Made by a program: the position numbers and the translations under genes
Shown: in pieces, positions 10,215 through 18,936 of the stretch
Numbering within the stretch: the first letter of the stretch is position 1
Layout: every line of letters starts with the position of its first letter
Notes under the pieces: generated by a model
What the model saw: only the letters and a program-made list of their open reading frames with translations
What the model was told of the DNA's origin: nothing
The model's database searches: none
DNA from: an uncultured Synergistales bacterium
GTDB lineage: Bacteria > Synergistota > Synergistia > Synergistales > Aminobacteriaceae
Assembly (NCBI GenBank): GCA_905236605.1
Contig: CAJORD010000168.1
Location: 1-41,078, forward strand
Direction of reading: 5' to 3'
Length of the DNA stretch: 41,078 bases

Positions 10215-12205
10215 TATTCTAAAGTTCTTTTCTCCTCGATGACTTCATAGACTTCAAGAATATCGCCCGGCTCAAAATCCTGATAACCTTCGAGCGAAAT
10301 TCCGCAGTCCATTCCGGCTTTAAGCTCGCGGGCTTCGTCTTTCTCATGTCGCAGCGAAGCAATTTTTCCGTCCCAAATTACAATTCCGTCGCGAATGACT
10401 CTGACTTTTGCGGTGCGCTTCACGATGCCTTTCGTAACGTGAGAACCTGCGATCCGTCCTACCTTCGGAATTTTGAAAATCTGTCGGATTTCGACTTCAC
10501 CGAGAGTCTCTTCACGGAGATTCGGCTTCAAGAGTCCAGCCATTGCGGCTTTAACGTCGTCAATGATGTCATAGATAACGTTATAAATTCTGATTTCGAC
10601 TCCGTTAAGCTCTGCGACGCGCTTTGCGTTTCCGTCGGGCCTGACATTGAAGCCGACGATTACAGCGTTAGACGCTGACGCTAACATTACGTCGCTCTCT
10701 GCAATTCGTCCGACACCACGATGAACGATTGATACGCCGACTTCATTAGTCGCGAGTTTCTCAAGAACGGCACATAACGCTTCGAGCGAGCCTTGAACGT
10801 CGCACTTCACAACGAGATTCATATGCGGGAGTTGACCTTCCTGCAAGTTTGAATATAAATCTTCAAATGAAGCACGTTTGACTTCGGCGGCGGCTTCACG
10901 TTCTTTGAGTTTGGCTTCGTCGAGAGCTGCGCGGGCGTCGCGTTCGTTCTTAACGACTTTGAAACTTTCGCCCGGGTTCGGAACGTCATCAAGTCCCAAA
11001 ATTTCTACGGGCGTGCTTGGCCCAGCGGCTTTTAATCCTTTGCCTGCCCAGTCGAACAGCGCGCGAGTTTTTCCCCACGTCGAATTAAATAAAACGATGT
11101 CGCCGGCTTTCAGTGTTCCGTCTTTCACTATGACCGTAGCGACCGGGCCTTTGCCCTTATCAAGTCGCGCTTCAATCACAACGCCTTCGGGTGTAGCGTT
11201 CGGGTCGGCTTTCAATTCTTGCATCTCTGCTTCGAGCAAAACGCGCTCTAATAAATCCGAAACGCCAATTCCCTGCTTTGCTGAAATTTCGACAGCGCCA
11301 ACATCACCGCCCCAACCTTCAACAAAGATTCCTAAGTCGGCGAGCTGTTGACGAACTCTATCAGGCTTCGCCCCCTGCTTGTCGATTTTATTAATCGCAA
11401 CGACTAACGGAACGCCAGCGGCCTTAATATGGTCAATGGCTTCGCGAGTTTGTGGCATTACGCCATCATCAGCACCGATTACTAAAATTACAATGTCCGT
11501 AACTCCTGCGCCGCGGGCTCTCATTGCGGTGAATGCTTCGTGGCCGGGCGTGTCAAGAAACACAATTTGTTTTCCGTCTTGAATGACGACATAAGCGCCG
11601 ATATGCTGCGTTATTCCGCCGGCTTCGTGTTCAGCTACGCTAGCGTGTCGGATATGGTCAAGCAAGGTCGTTTTGCCGTGGTCAACGTGTCCCATGACTG
11701 TAATAATCGGAGGACGTTCAACGAGTTTCGCGGCGGGCTTTGCTTGCGGAGCTGCCTGAACGGGTTGCGCGGGGTTGGGTTCTGGCTTTGCGGGAGCGGG
11801 GGCAGTTTTTTGATTTCGAGGTTGATTTTGAAATTTTTGAGGTTTTTGAGGCTTCGGGGATTTTTGAATTTTCTGCGGGCGTTCCTGTTCTTCTTTTTCT
11901 TGTTTATCAAGTTTATTAAGATTCCGGCTGGCGTCTTCGGTGTCGCGAGAATCTTTTCGATTTTGAGTCTTTGCAAATTTTTCGGGCTTAGTCTTTGAAG
12001 GTTCAGCGTTATGCTGTTTTTTCTCTTGAGACTTTGCCTCGCTTGCCTCTTGAATAATATTTTCGACTATCTGGGCCGTTTCTTCATCGATTGAACTTGA
12101 ATGAGATTTTACAGGTACGTCCAACTGTTGCAAAACGGCTAATAACTCTTTATTGCTCTTGTTTAATTTTCTGGCCAAGTCGTAGATTCGTATTTTATCG
12201 CTCAA
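10214..12205 (-). CDS. infB: Translation initiation factor IF-2
   Basis: G1 [13 protein letters not shown]3 [12 protein letters not shown]. The N-terminus is a PQK-rich low-complexity region. Confidence 0.97.
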   Translation of the reverse strand: MSDKIRIYDLARKLNKSNKELLAVLQQLDVPVKSHSSSIDEETAQIVENIIQEASEAKSQEKKQHNAEPSKTKPEKFAKTQNRKDSRDTEDASRNLNKLDKQEKEEQERPQKIQKSPKPQKPQKFQNQPRNQKTAPAPAKPEPNPAQPVQAAPQAKPAAKLVERPPIITVMGHVDHGKTTLLDHIRHASVAEHEAGGITQHIGAYVVIQDGKQIVFLDTPGHEAFTAMRARGAGVTDIVILVIGADDGVMPQTREAIDHIKAAGVPLVVAINKIDKQGAKPDRVRQQLADLGIFVEGWGGDVGAVEISAKQGIGVSDLLERVLLEAEMQELKADPNATPEGVVIEARLDKGKGPVATVIVKDGTLKAGDIVLFNSTWGKTRALFDWAGKGLKAAGPSTPVEILGLDDVPNPGESFKVVKNERDARAALDEAKLKEREAAAEVKRASFEDLYSNLQEGQLPHMNLVVKCDVQGSLEALCAVLEKLATNEVGVSIVHRGVGRIAESDVMLASASNAVIVGFNVRPDGNAKRVAELNGVEIRIYNVIYDIIDDVKAAMAGLLKPNLREETLGEVEIRQIFKIPKVGRIAGSHVTKGIVKRTAKVRVIRDGIVIWDGKIASLRHEKDEARELKAGMDCGISLEGYQDFEPGDILEVYEVIEEKRTLE

Positions 12206-12235
12206 AGGCGTTGCTCCTTCCTTCGTTTTTACTTT

Positions 12236-12820
12236 TTAATTTTTATGTGTCAATTCTAAAATTTTTTTTGCAAAACCGGACTTAAGAGGCAGCCCCAAAA
12301 TTTGAACACTGTCTCTTAAGCCGGCAACTTCTGACAACTCTTTAATCGTGATGTCTAGCGTGAGCAAATCGTTATAGCTCGCGGCAAATTTTTTGATTCC
12401 GTCTGAAGAATCGTTCGCAAGAATTACGAGAATTTTTTTCTCTAAAGAATTTTCATTTTTAATTCTTTCAGAGCCAATTAATAAAACTCCCGCACGTCGT
12501 GCAAGTCCAAGAATCGAACGGATCTTCAAAATTTTATTTTCGTCGTAATGCTTTATATGTTCGTCAAGCGCTTGCCAAAAATCTTCATCGACTTTTGCTT
12601 TTAACTCACGCTCAAGAATCCCGGACTTCTTAGCGCTTGCAACGCATTCAGAATCCGGGCATATATAAGTGCCGCGGCCTTGAAGTTTTCCAGAGATGTC
12701 AATCACAATTTTTCCTTCTGGACTTTTAACGAGGCGAATTAAATCGTTCTTGTCGCTCTTAACCCGGCAAACGGCGCACGAACGCGCAGGAACGTGTTTA
12801 CTTTCCTTCTTCAAAGACAT
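12236..12820 (-). CDS. ylxR: YlxR (DUF448) fused to an L7Ae/YlxQ-like RNA-binding domain
   Basis: N-terminal RSCAVCR...GRGTYICP. C-terminal LGLARRAGVLLIGSE...ILANDSS...FAKKILEL resembles YlxQ. It occupies the nusA-infB slot. Confidence 0.75.
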   Translation of the reverse strand: MSLKKESKHVPARSCAVCRVKSDKNDLIRLVKSPEGKIVIDISGKLQGRGTYICPDSECVASAKKSGILERELKAKVDEDFWQALDEHIKHYDENKILKIRSILGLARRAGVLLIGSERIKNENSLEKKILVILANDSSDGIKKFAASYNDLLTLDITIKELSEVAGLRDSVQILGLPLKSGFAKKILELTHKN

Positions 12821-13898
12821 CGCTGAATATATCCTTCAACGTCGGCATTCGTTCCGGCTCAACGGGTGAAACGTTAATCTTCCAGCCTGTGAGCTTCGCT
12901 GCAAGTTTTACGTTTTGGCCGGCCTTGCCGATTGCTAGCGATAATTGCTCTTGAGTGGCATAAGCCGTCGCTTCTTTCTCATGATCCAGAACTGGCTCTA
13001 CCTTCGCTATATGTGCGGGGGTCAGCGAGTTCTTGATGTAAGTGAACGGGTCAGTGCTGAAAATCACAGGGTCAATTTTTTCTCCTCTTAATGACAGACT
13101 GATAGCTTTAATTCTTGCTCCGCCTGCGCCAATGCAAGCGCCTACGGGGTCAACGTTAGGGTCAAGGCTCGTAACTGCGACTTTAGCGCGCGAACCGCCA
13201 TCACGAACTATATTTTTAATTTCGATTATTCCTTGCTGAATTTCAGGGATTTCAAGCTCCATTATTTTTTTCAAAAGTCCTGGGTGAGTTCGTGAAACCA
13301 TGATTCGAGGCCCGCGGGATTTCTGCTTGACTTCAAGGACGTAAAAGCGCATGACCGAGCCGGGGTTATAACGTTCGTTAGGAATTCGTTCACGCTTCGG
13401 GAGTTCTGCGTCGGTCTTGTCGTTAATCCTTACGATTATGTCGTCGCCTTCGACACGATATATAGTGCCGCTAACCATGTCACCAACTCTATCAGCGAAG
13501 GAATTATAAACGACATTGCGTTCAGCGTCGCGAAGTTTTTGAGTTATAACTTGCCTTGCCGTTTGCGCGGCGATTCGTCCGAAGTTGGGAGGATTTTTTT
13601 CGATTTTTATTTTTTCACCGATTTCGGCGTTCCGGTCATAGCGCAAAGCGTCCTTGAGCGTGATCTCTTTGTCGGGCTCGTCGCCAATTTTTTCAACGAC
13701 CTTGCGAATTTCGTAAATCGTCATGTCGCCAGTTTCGCGGTTAATTTTGACTTCGACGTCGCGTTCAGCAGACGTATATTTATTATAAGCCGAGAGCATC
13801 GCCGATTCCATTGTCGCTATAACGACTTCGATATCAAGTCCACGCACTGCGGCCAACTCTTCAAGAGATTGAATAAATTCAAGACCCAGACGCATCAT
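12798..13898 (-). CDS. nusA: Transcription termination/antitermination factor NusA (no AR1/AR2 extension)
   Basis: S1 domain plus two KH domains with GXXG loops (GACIGAGGARIK, AIGKAGQNVKLA). Confidence 0.95.
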   Translation of the reverse strand: MMRLGLEFIQSLEELAAVRGLDIEVVIATMESAMLSAYNKYTSAERDVEVKINRETGDMTIYEIRKVVEKIGDEPDKEITLKDALRYDRNAEIGEKIKIEKNPPNFGRIAAQTARQVITQKLRDAERNVVYNSFADRVGDMVSGTIYRVEGDDIIVRINDKTDAELPKRERIPNERYNPGSVMRFYVLEVKQKSRGPRIMVSRTHPGLLKKIMELEIPEIQQGIIEIKNIVRDGGSRAKVAVTSLDPNVDPVGACIGAGGARIKAISLSLRGEKIDPVIFSTDPFTYIKNSLTPAHIAKVEPVLDHEKEATAYATQEQLSLAIGKAGQNVKLAAKLTGWKINVSPVEPERMPTLKDIFSDVFEEGK

Positions 13899-14425
13899 TT
13901 TTTTCTGTTCCTCCTTCGTCTGTTTCGAGATTGCTCTGTAGAATCATTTTCGTTTTCATTTTCCTGATTAAATCTGTAAACTAGATTTCCTCCTTTTATG
14001 ATTTCAAACGGGATATGCTTTTCAGTTTCGTCGCAAATTAAAATCACATTGTCATCGCTGACGGAACTAATAACGCCCGTGAAACTTTTGCGTCCGTCGA
14101 TAAGACCGTTTAATCTAATTCGCGCCTCGCGACCTTGAAATCTGATGTAGTCGTCGAGGGTGTAAAGCGGCCTTTCGACGCCGGGCGAACTGACTTCGAG
14201 ATAATAGCGCCCTTTGTCGAGTTCGGGGAGCTGTGAATTTTCATCGAGAAACTTATTAATTTTTCTCGATACGTTTTCACAGTCATCGACGTTTATGCCG
14301 CCAAGGGTGTCGATTAAAATTTGTATTTTCATTCGGCCGAAGTCCGTTCGGATTCCGACATGGACGCATTCATAGCCCGAGCGTGTTACTATTGTTTCAA
14401 TTTTTTTTAAAAATTCCTCTGTCAT
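13895..14425 (-). CDS. rimP: Ribosome maturation factor RimP
   Basis: LEVSSPGVERPL motif. First gene of the rimP-nusA-infB operon. Basic C-terminal tail. Confidence 0.9.
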   Translation of the reverse strand: MTEEFLKKIETIVTRSGYECVHVGIRTDFGRMKIQILIDTLGGINVDDCENVSRKINKFLDENSQLPELDKGRYYLEVSSPGVERPLYTLDDYIRFQGREARIRLNGLIDGRKSFTGVISSVSDDNVILICDETEKHIPFEIIKGGNLVYRFNQENENENDSTEQSRNRRRRNRKK

Positions 14426-14451
14426 TTTCTAATATCTCTTACCCTGCATAC

Positions 14452-14478
14452 AAAAAAGGAGAGGGATTTTCCCACTCC
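14452..14478 (-). terminator. Leader hairpin plus U-run in the rimP-nusA-infB 5' UTR (candidate attenuator)
   Basis: The minus strand reads GGAGTGGGA-AAA-TCCCTCTCC, a 9-bp stem with one T-T mismatch, followed by TTTTTT. It lies between a TGcTATAAT promoter and the rimP ATG. Confidence 0.4.
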
Positions 14479-14508
14479 TTTCACGTTAAAATCATGAAAT
14501 TGTTTTGC

Positions 14509-14517
14509 ATTATAGCA
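14509..14517 (-). promoter_or_regulatory. Extended -10 (TGCTATAAT) candidate promoter for the rimP operon
   Basis: The reverse complement of 14509-14517 reads TGCTATAAT, about 85 nt upstream of the rimP start. Confidence 0.35.
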
Positions 14518-14536
14518 CGTAAAATAAAAAAAGTTC

Positions 14537-14545
14537 TGTTATAAT
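14537..14545 (+). promoter_or_regulatory. Extended -10 (TGTTATAAT) candidate promoter for rpoZ-coaBC-priA
   Basis: TGTTATAAT read directly, about 50 nt upstream of the ATG at 14596. Confidence 0.35.
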
Positions 14546-14595
14546 CGCGCCTGCTAAAATAATATGAAATTTTGAACTTAAGGAGAAAAATTTTT

Positions 14596-15003
14596 ATGAA
14601 ATTCTATGACCTCGAATGGCTCGCCAATAAATGCGGAACTGATAACAAGTACGAAATCACCGTTAAGGTAGCGGCCGAGGCTCGACGCGAAAGTGAAGAA
14701 ATTATTCCAGACAAAGATAAAAACGATCCCGCCGGCGAAAGATTTATTTCAAACGTTCTCCTCGAAATCGAAGAGGATAAAAGTCCAATTAGCGTAAACT
14801 ATAAGCCGTCTAAGACTACCGCGCCGGAAATTCAAGTTTTTGACGACGTAGAATCAAAAGACGCAAAGCCGACCGAAGCCGGAACTGAAAACAAAATCGA
14901 AGATGACGATGACGACGAAGAAGAGCTAGACGAGCAGGAGCAAAAATCAGAAACGGAAGCTGAAGCTGAAAAATCTGAAGAAGAATCTGACTCAGATGAA
15001 TAA
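14596..15003 (+). CDS. rpoZ: RNA polymerase omega-subunit-like protein with a long acidic C-terminal tail
   Basis: NKYEITVKVAAEARR resembles the omega core (N-R/K-Y/F-x-L-V...AA-R/K-RAR). It sits directly upstream of coaBC-priA, the usual rpoZ position. The ATG at 14596 has AAGGAG 9 nt upstream. Confidence 0.55.
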   Translation: MKFYDLEWLANKCGTDNKYEITVKVAAEARRESEEIIPDKDKNDPAGERFISNVLLEIEEDKSPISVNYKPSKTTAPEIQVFDDVESKDAKPTEAGTENKIEDDDDDEEELDEQEQKSETEAEAEKSEEESDSDE

Positions 15004-16183
15004 TTGGACGTCAGGCCGCAAAATCCTTTTGGGAATTACCGGAGGGATAGCGGCTTATAAAATTCCTGCGCTAGTGCGACTGATTAAAAAATCAAATTGC
15101 GAAGTCGAAATAATTTTGACGGACTTTGCTAAAAATTTTGTCGCTCCGATGACGCTTGAAACTCTCGCAGGGCGACGCGTATACACAAATGAAAACTTTG
15201 ATTTTTCAATCCCGCATATAAAATTAAACGACTGGGCAGAAATTTTTGTTATCGCTCCTTGCACGGCTAACACGCTCGCAAAAATCGCTCACGGGATCGC
15301 CGATAATCTTTTAACTTCAGCGGCAATCGCGGCTCATTGTCCCGTTCTTGTCTTTCCGGCAATGAATGAACACATGTTCGATAATCCAGCGACGCAAGAA
15401 AATTTGAAAATTTTGTCCGCGCGAGGCGTTCATGTCGTTCAACCGTCCGAAGGCGATTTAGCGTGCGGCGTTTGCGGGCGTGGCCGAATGCCCGAACCGA
15501 ATGAAATCATGTTTGAGATTTTTAGAACATTATCGCCGTTTCATGATTTAGCAGGGAAAAAAGTTTTAGTTACGACCGGCCCGACTCATGAATATCTTGA
15601 CCCCGTTCGCTATATATCGAATCCAAGTACAGGCAAGATGGGCGCGGCTATGGCTCGTGCGGCGTGGTATCGTGGCGCGGACGTAAAAATAATTTCCGGG
15701 CCTGTTGAAATTAATTCATACGGTTTTGAAGTCGTTCATGTGAAATCCGCGTGCGAGATGCTCGACGCCGTGAAAAAAAATCTTTCGTGGGCAGATTATA
15801 TTGTGAAAGCAGCTGCGGTTGGCGACTATCGCGCGAAAAATTTTTCTTCGCAAAAAATCAAACGCGAGGGCCGCGACGAATTAACGATAGAGCTTGCTCA
15901 AAATCCTGATATTGCGGCTGAAGTCGGCAAATTGAAGCGCGACAATCAAATTTTAATCGGCTTCGCGGCTGAAACTCAATCTTTAAACGACAACGCGCGC
16001 GGAAAACTCGAACGCAAAAATCTTGATTTCATTCTTGCCAACGACGTCAGCGCACCGGGCGCCGGCTTCGCGTCTGACACAAACACTTTGAAATTAATTC
16101 CACGAAACTTAAATAAGGAAGAAAAAATTTATTCGGGACTTAAAGAAGATATAGCTTACGAGGTTTGGAGCGATGTTGTATGA
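14996..16183 (+). CDS. coaBC: Bifunctional phosphopantothenoylcysteine decarboxylase / phosphopantothenate-cysteine ligase
   Basis: Flavoprotein N-terminus LLGITGGIAAYK and a CoaB C-terminal half. 395 aa. Confidence 0.95.
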   Translation: MNNWTSGRKILLGITGGIAAYKIPALVRLIKKSNCEVEIILTDFAKNFVAPMTLETLAGRRVYTNENFDFSIPHIKLNDWAEIFVIAPCTANTLAKIAHGIADNLLTSAAIAAHCPVLVFPAMNEHMFDNPATQENLKILSARGVHVVQPSEGDLACGVCGRGRMPEPNEIMFEIFRTLSPFHDLAGKKVLVTTGPTHEYLDPVRYISNPSTGKMGAAMARAAWYRGADVKIISGPVEINSYGFEVVHVKSACEMLDAVKKNLSWADYIVKAAAVGDYRAKNFSSQKIKREGRDELTIELAQNPDIAAEVGKLKRDNQILIGFAAETQSLNDNARGKLERKNLDFILANDVSAPGAGFASDTNTLKLIPRNLNKEEKIYSGLKEDIAYEVWSDVV

Positions 16184-17924
16184 CATTGCGGTCCCGGAGA
16201 TGTATCTAAATGAACTCACTTATGAAGCTCCCGTCGAACTTCAAACGGGCGTGCGCGTGTTTGTTGAAGTTCAAAGACATGTTCATGTTGGCTTCGTGCT
16301 TGGTCCGACGAAAAAAAATTTGCCGCCGGAATTAAAAATTAAAAACGTTGAAGCGCTTCTTGATTATTCGCCTGTTATATCGCCGGACTTGTGGGACATG
16401 GCGCTATATGCCGGACGAGTTTGTATGTGCGGAACTGCGGCGGCGTTGAGTACAATTCTTCCGCGGCCTCTGATAATGGGAGAGAAGCTCACGACACCAC
16501 CGGGAATAATTCGGACTAGGCCGCAAAATTTTCGAGAGGTTGATAATTTTAATCCGTTTGACTCCGAGCGGATTAATTTTTATCTTGACGAACTGAAAGC
16601 GAACAAGCGAACTTTAATTTTATTCTCACGAAAACTCGCGGCAAAAAGATTTTTTGATTCCCTTCCTGAAAATATAAAATCTCGTGCGCTGCTATGGTCC
16701 TCGTCCGTCGGAAAAAAATATTGGCTCTCATGGCTTAAAACTCACGCGGGAGATTTTGATTTTATTGTTGGGACTGCGGGGGCCATTTTTGCGCCGATTA
16801 TCCCCGAAAAAATAATTCTTGAGGACGAGGCAAGCAAAAGTTTTTTTATTTCATATACTCTGAATATCTCGGCACGAAGTCTTGCGGGGCGTCGCGCGGC
16901 TTTCTTAGGAGCTGAACTTATAATAGGAGGGCGTCTTCCGTCTTTGAAAACTTTTAGGCGCTCGAAGCCGGAACAAAAATTTTCCCCAGATCGAAAAAAA
17001 ATAATTCTCGCCGACATCTTTCATTCAAAAACTATCAAAGAAGAATCTAAAGGCGTCGAAGGAAATATTCCGATTACGCGCTCGTTATTTAAACACACTT
17101 ACAGAGAACTCATGAAGGGCGGAAGCGTTATCTGGATTTTAGACAGAGTTGGCAACGCGTCAGAAGTTTTTTGTTCGCATTGTGGCGAGTCGGTGAAGTG
17201 CCCAAAATGTAAAAATTTAATGCAAATCAAAGGCGACGGGAAAATTTTACGTTGTCGAATGTGCGGAACTGTTCGCGAGCTGCCGCCGAAGTGTGAAAAG
17301 TGCGGGTATGAGATTTTTACGGGCCGACGGCCGGGGATTGAAGCACTAGAGAAAATGGCATCAAAATATTTTAATAAAGTTCAATTATTCACAAACAAAT
17401 ATGTGCGACCGAAAAAAAATTCTTTAATTCTTAGCACACGGCGCGGGCTTGACCTTTGCGACATTATAAAGCCATCATTAATTGCGTGGCTCGATTTAGA
17501 TTTTGAACTTTGGCAGCCTGAACATGATACGCGGCTCGAAGTTTTTAATTTGCTCTGGGAATCTTATTGGCGAGGCCGGACTGAAGATTCGCAGCGAAAA
17601 GTTTTGATTCAAACTCGAAGGCAAGGAATGAAGCTCGCTGTTTTTTTGTCGCAAGGTTGGGCAAATTTTTTTCCGAACGAACTTCACCGACGAGAAGAAT
17701 TTAAGTTGCCGCCCTTTGGATATTTAATTGACGTTGAGACGGACTCGCCGGAGCTTCGAGAGAAATTATTAGATGCTTTGTTCGACGCGAATATTTTCGT
17801 TATGGATTCAGGTGAAATAACTGAACCGCTTCGTATTAATACAGAATCGCTTGAGCCCGTCGAGAAAATTTTTAAGTCGATGAAATTATTAAGAAAAGAA
17901 TTTAATGTTACAGTGTGGAACTAA
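16173..17924 (+). CDS. priA: Primosomal protein N' (PriA) homologue with degenerate helicase motifs
   Basis: PriA-like N-terminus. Four CxxC pairs (CSHC, CPKC, CRMC, CEKC). Canonical position after coaBC. No GK[ST] Walker A, and DEEH is replaced by EDEA. Confidence 0.8.
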   Translation: MLYDIAVPEMYLNELTYEAPVELQTGVRVFVEVQRHVHVGFVLGPTKKNLPPELKIKNVEALLDYSPVISPDLWDMALYAGRVCMCGTAAALSTILPRPLIMGEKLTTPPGIIRTRPQNFREVDNFNPFDSERINFYLDELKANKRTLILFSRKLAAKRFFDSLPENIKSRALLWSSSVGKKYWLSWLKTHAGDFDFIVGTAGAIFAPIIPEKIILEDEASKSFFISYTLNISARSLAGRRAAFLGAELIIGGRLPSLKTFRRSKPEQKFSPDRKKIILADIFHSKTIKEESKGVEGNIPITRSLFKHTYRELMKGGSVIWILDRVGNASEVFCSHCGESVKCPKCKNLMQIKGDGKILRCRMCGTVRELPPKCEKCGYEIFTGRRPGIEALEKMASKYFNKVQLFTNKYVRPKKNSLILSTRRGLDLCDIIKPSLIAWLDLDFELWQPEHDTRLEVFNLLWESYWRGRTEDSQRKVLIQTRRQGMKLAVFLSQGWANFFPNELHRREEFKLPPFGYLIDVETDSPELREKLLDALFDANIFVMDSGEITEPLRINTESLEPVEKIFKSMKLLRKEFNVTVWN

Positions 17925-17942
17925 AAAATTTTAAAAGGAGAT

Positions 17943-18887
17943 TTGTGCACATTGCGCAATAAAACGATTAACACTTCGCTTGAAGACGGAGAAAAATATA
18001 TTGCCCGATGTCTTGTGCTTAATGAACATGTTGATGACATTCAAAACATAATCGACAAGACCATAAACGGAGATTCATTTTCTGTTTTAAATTTGCTGCC
18101 GCAAGAGAGCGTAAATTTAATTATCGCTGACCCTCCTTATAATTTAACAAAATCATTTAACGGCAAAACTTTCGCAAAGAGAAGCTCTGATAGTTATGAA
18201 GTTTATACTCGTTCTTGGCTGTCGCTGGCAAGTCGTGTTTTAAAACCTTCGGGTTCGATTTATATCTGCTGTGATTGGGAGACAAGTTTAATTATCGGAA
18301 ACGTCGTAAAAGATTTTTTCAAAATTCAAAATCGTATAACGTGGCAGCGCGAGAAGGGACGCGGCGCAAAATCAAATTGGAAAAACGGAATGGAAGATAT
18401 TTGGTTCGCAACAAAGAGCGATACTTACACTTTTAATCTCGAAGCTGTAAAGATTCGCCGTAAAGTTATCGCGCCTTATCGTGTTGATGGCAAGCCTAAA
18501 GACTGGAACGAAACTCGTTCAGGCAATTATAGAGACACTTGCCCGTCGAATTTTTGGGACGATATAACAATTCCGTTTTGGTCGATGCCAGAGAATACCG
18601 CACACCCAACTCAAAAGCCTGAAAAATTAATTGCCAAAATCATTCTTGCAAGTTCAAATCCGGGCGATATAATTTTTGATCCTTTTCTGGGCTCCGGCAC
18701 TACAAGCGTAGTTGCTAAAAAACTTGGCCGTCATTACATAGGCATCGAATCTGAAAAACAATATTGCGTGTGGGTTGAACAGCGGCTCGAAATGGCCGAT
18801 ACAGATAAAAAAATTCAAGGTTATACAGAAGGTGTATTTTGGGAAAGAAATACGCTAGCTGCCAAGCGTCAGTCAAATCTCTCTTAG
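17943..18887 (+). CDS. Beta-class (N6_N4_Mtase family) DNA methyltransferase, probably N6-adenine; no partner endonuclease in the window
   Basis: Motif IV IIADPPYNL precedes motif I IIFDPFLGSGTT, which is the beta order. TTG start with AAAGGAG upstream, 18 nt after priA. Confidence 0.85.
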   Translation: MCTLRNKTINTSLEDGEKYIARCLVLNEHVDDIQNIIDKTINGDSFSVLNLLPQESVNLIIADPPYNLTKSFNGKTFAKRSSDSYEVYTRSWLSLASRVLKPSGSIYICCDWETSLIIGNVVKDFFKIQNRITWQREKGRGAKSNWKNGMEDIWFATKSDTYTFNLEAVKIRRKVIAPYRVDGKPKDWNETRSGNYRDTCPSNFWDDITIPFWSMPENTAHPTQKPEKLIAKIILASSNPGDIIFDPFLGSGTTSVVAKKLGRHYIGIESEKQYCVWVEQRLEMADTDKKIQGYTEGVFWERNTLAAKRQSNLS

Positions 18888-18936
18888 AACTATGATATTA
18901 TTTCGCACGAAAAAAATTTGAAGGAGAGAATCAAAA

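Noticed and set aside
11760-11990. Repetitive DNA encoding [17 protein letters not shown]-type sequence, which could look like a tandem repeat or a CRISPR-like array.
   Set aside because: It is in frame within the variable N-terminal region of IF-2. The short imperfect repeats have no spacer structure. This is ordinary low complexity for this domain.
10346-11998. Several long ORFs (10346-10678, 10878-11351, 11379-11582, 11540-11998 on the plus strand; 11635-11976 on the minus strand) overlapping infB.
   Set aside because: They lie antisense or out of frame within a confidently identified IF-2 gene. Their products are low-complexity (Ser/Ala/Pro/Leu- or Lys/Asn-rich) with no motifs. They are typical shadow ORFs.
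18888-18936. Possible preQ1 riboswitch upstream of queT (A-rich tract followed by AAGGAG, as in preQ1-I).
   Set aside because: I could not find a P1 stem of about 5 bp with a 10-12-nt loop preceding the A-tract. The only pairing is UUUC/GAAA around a 4-nt loop. The region of about 45 nt after the methyltransferase stop does not fit class I, II or III as I remember them. A covariance-model scan (Rfam RF00522, RF01054, RF02680) would settle it.
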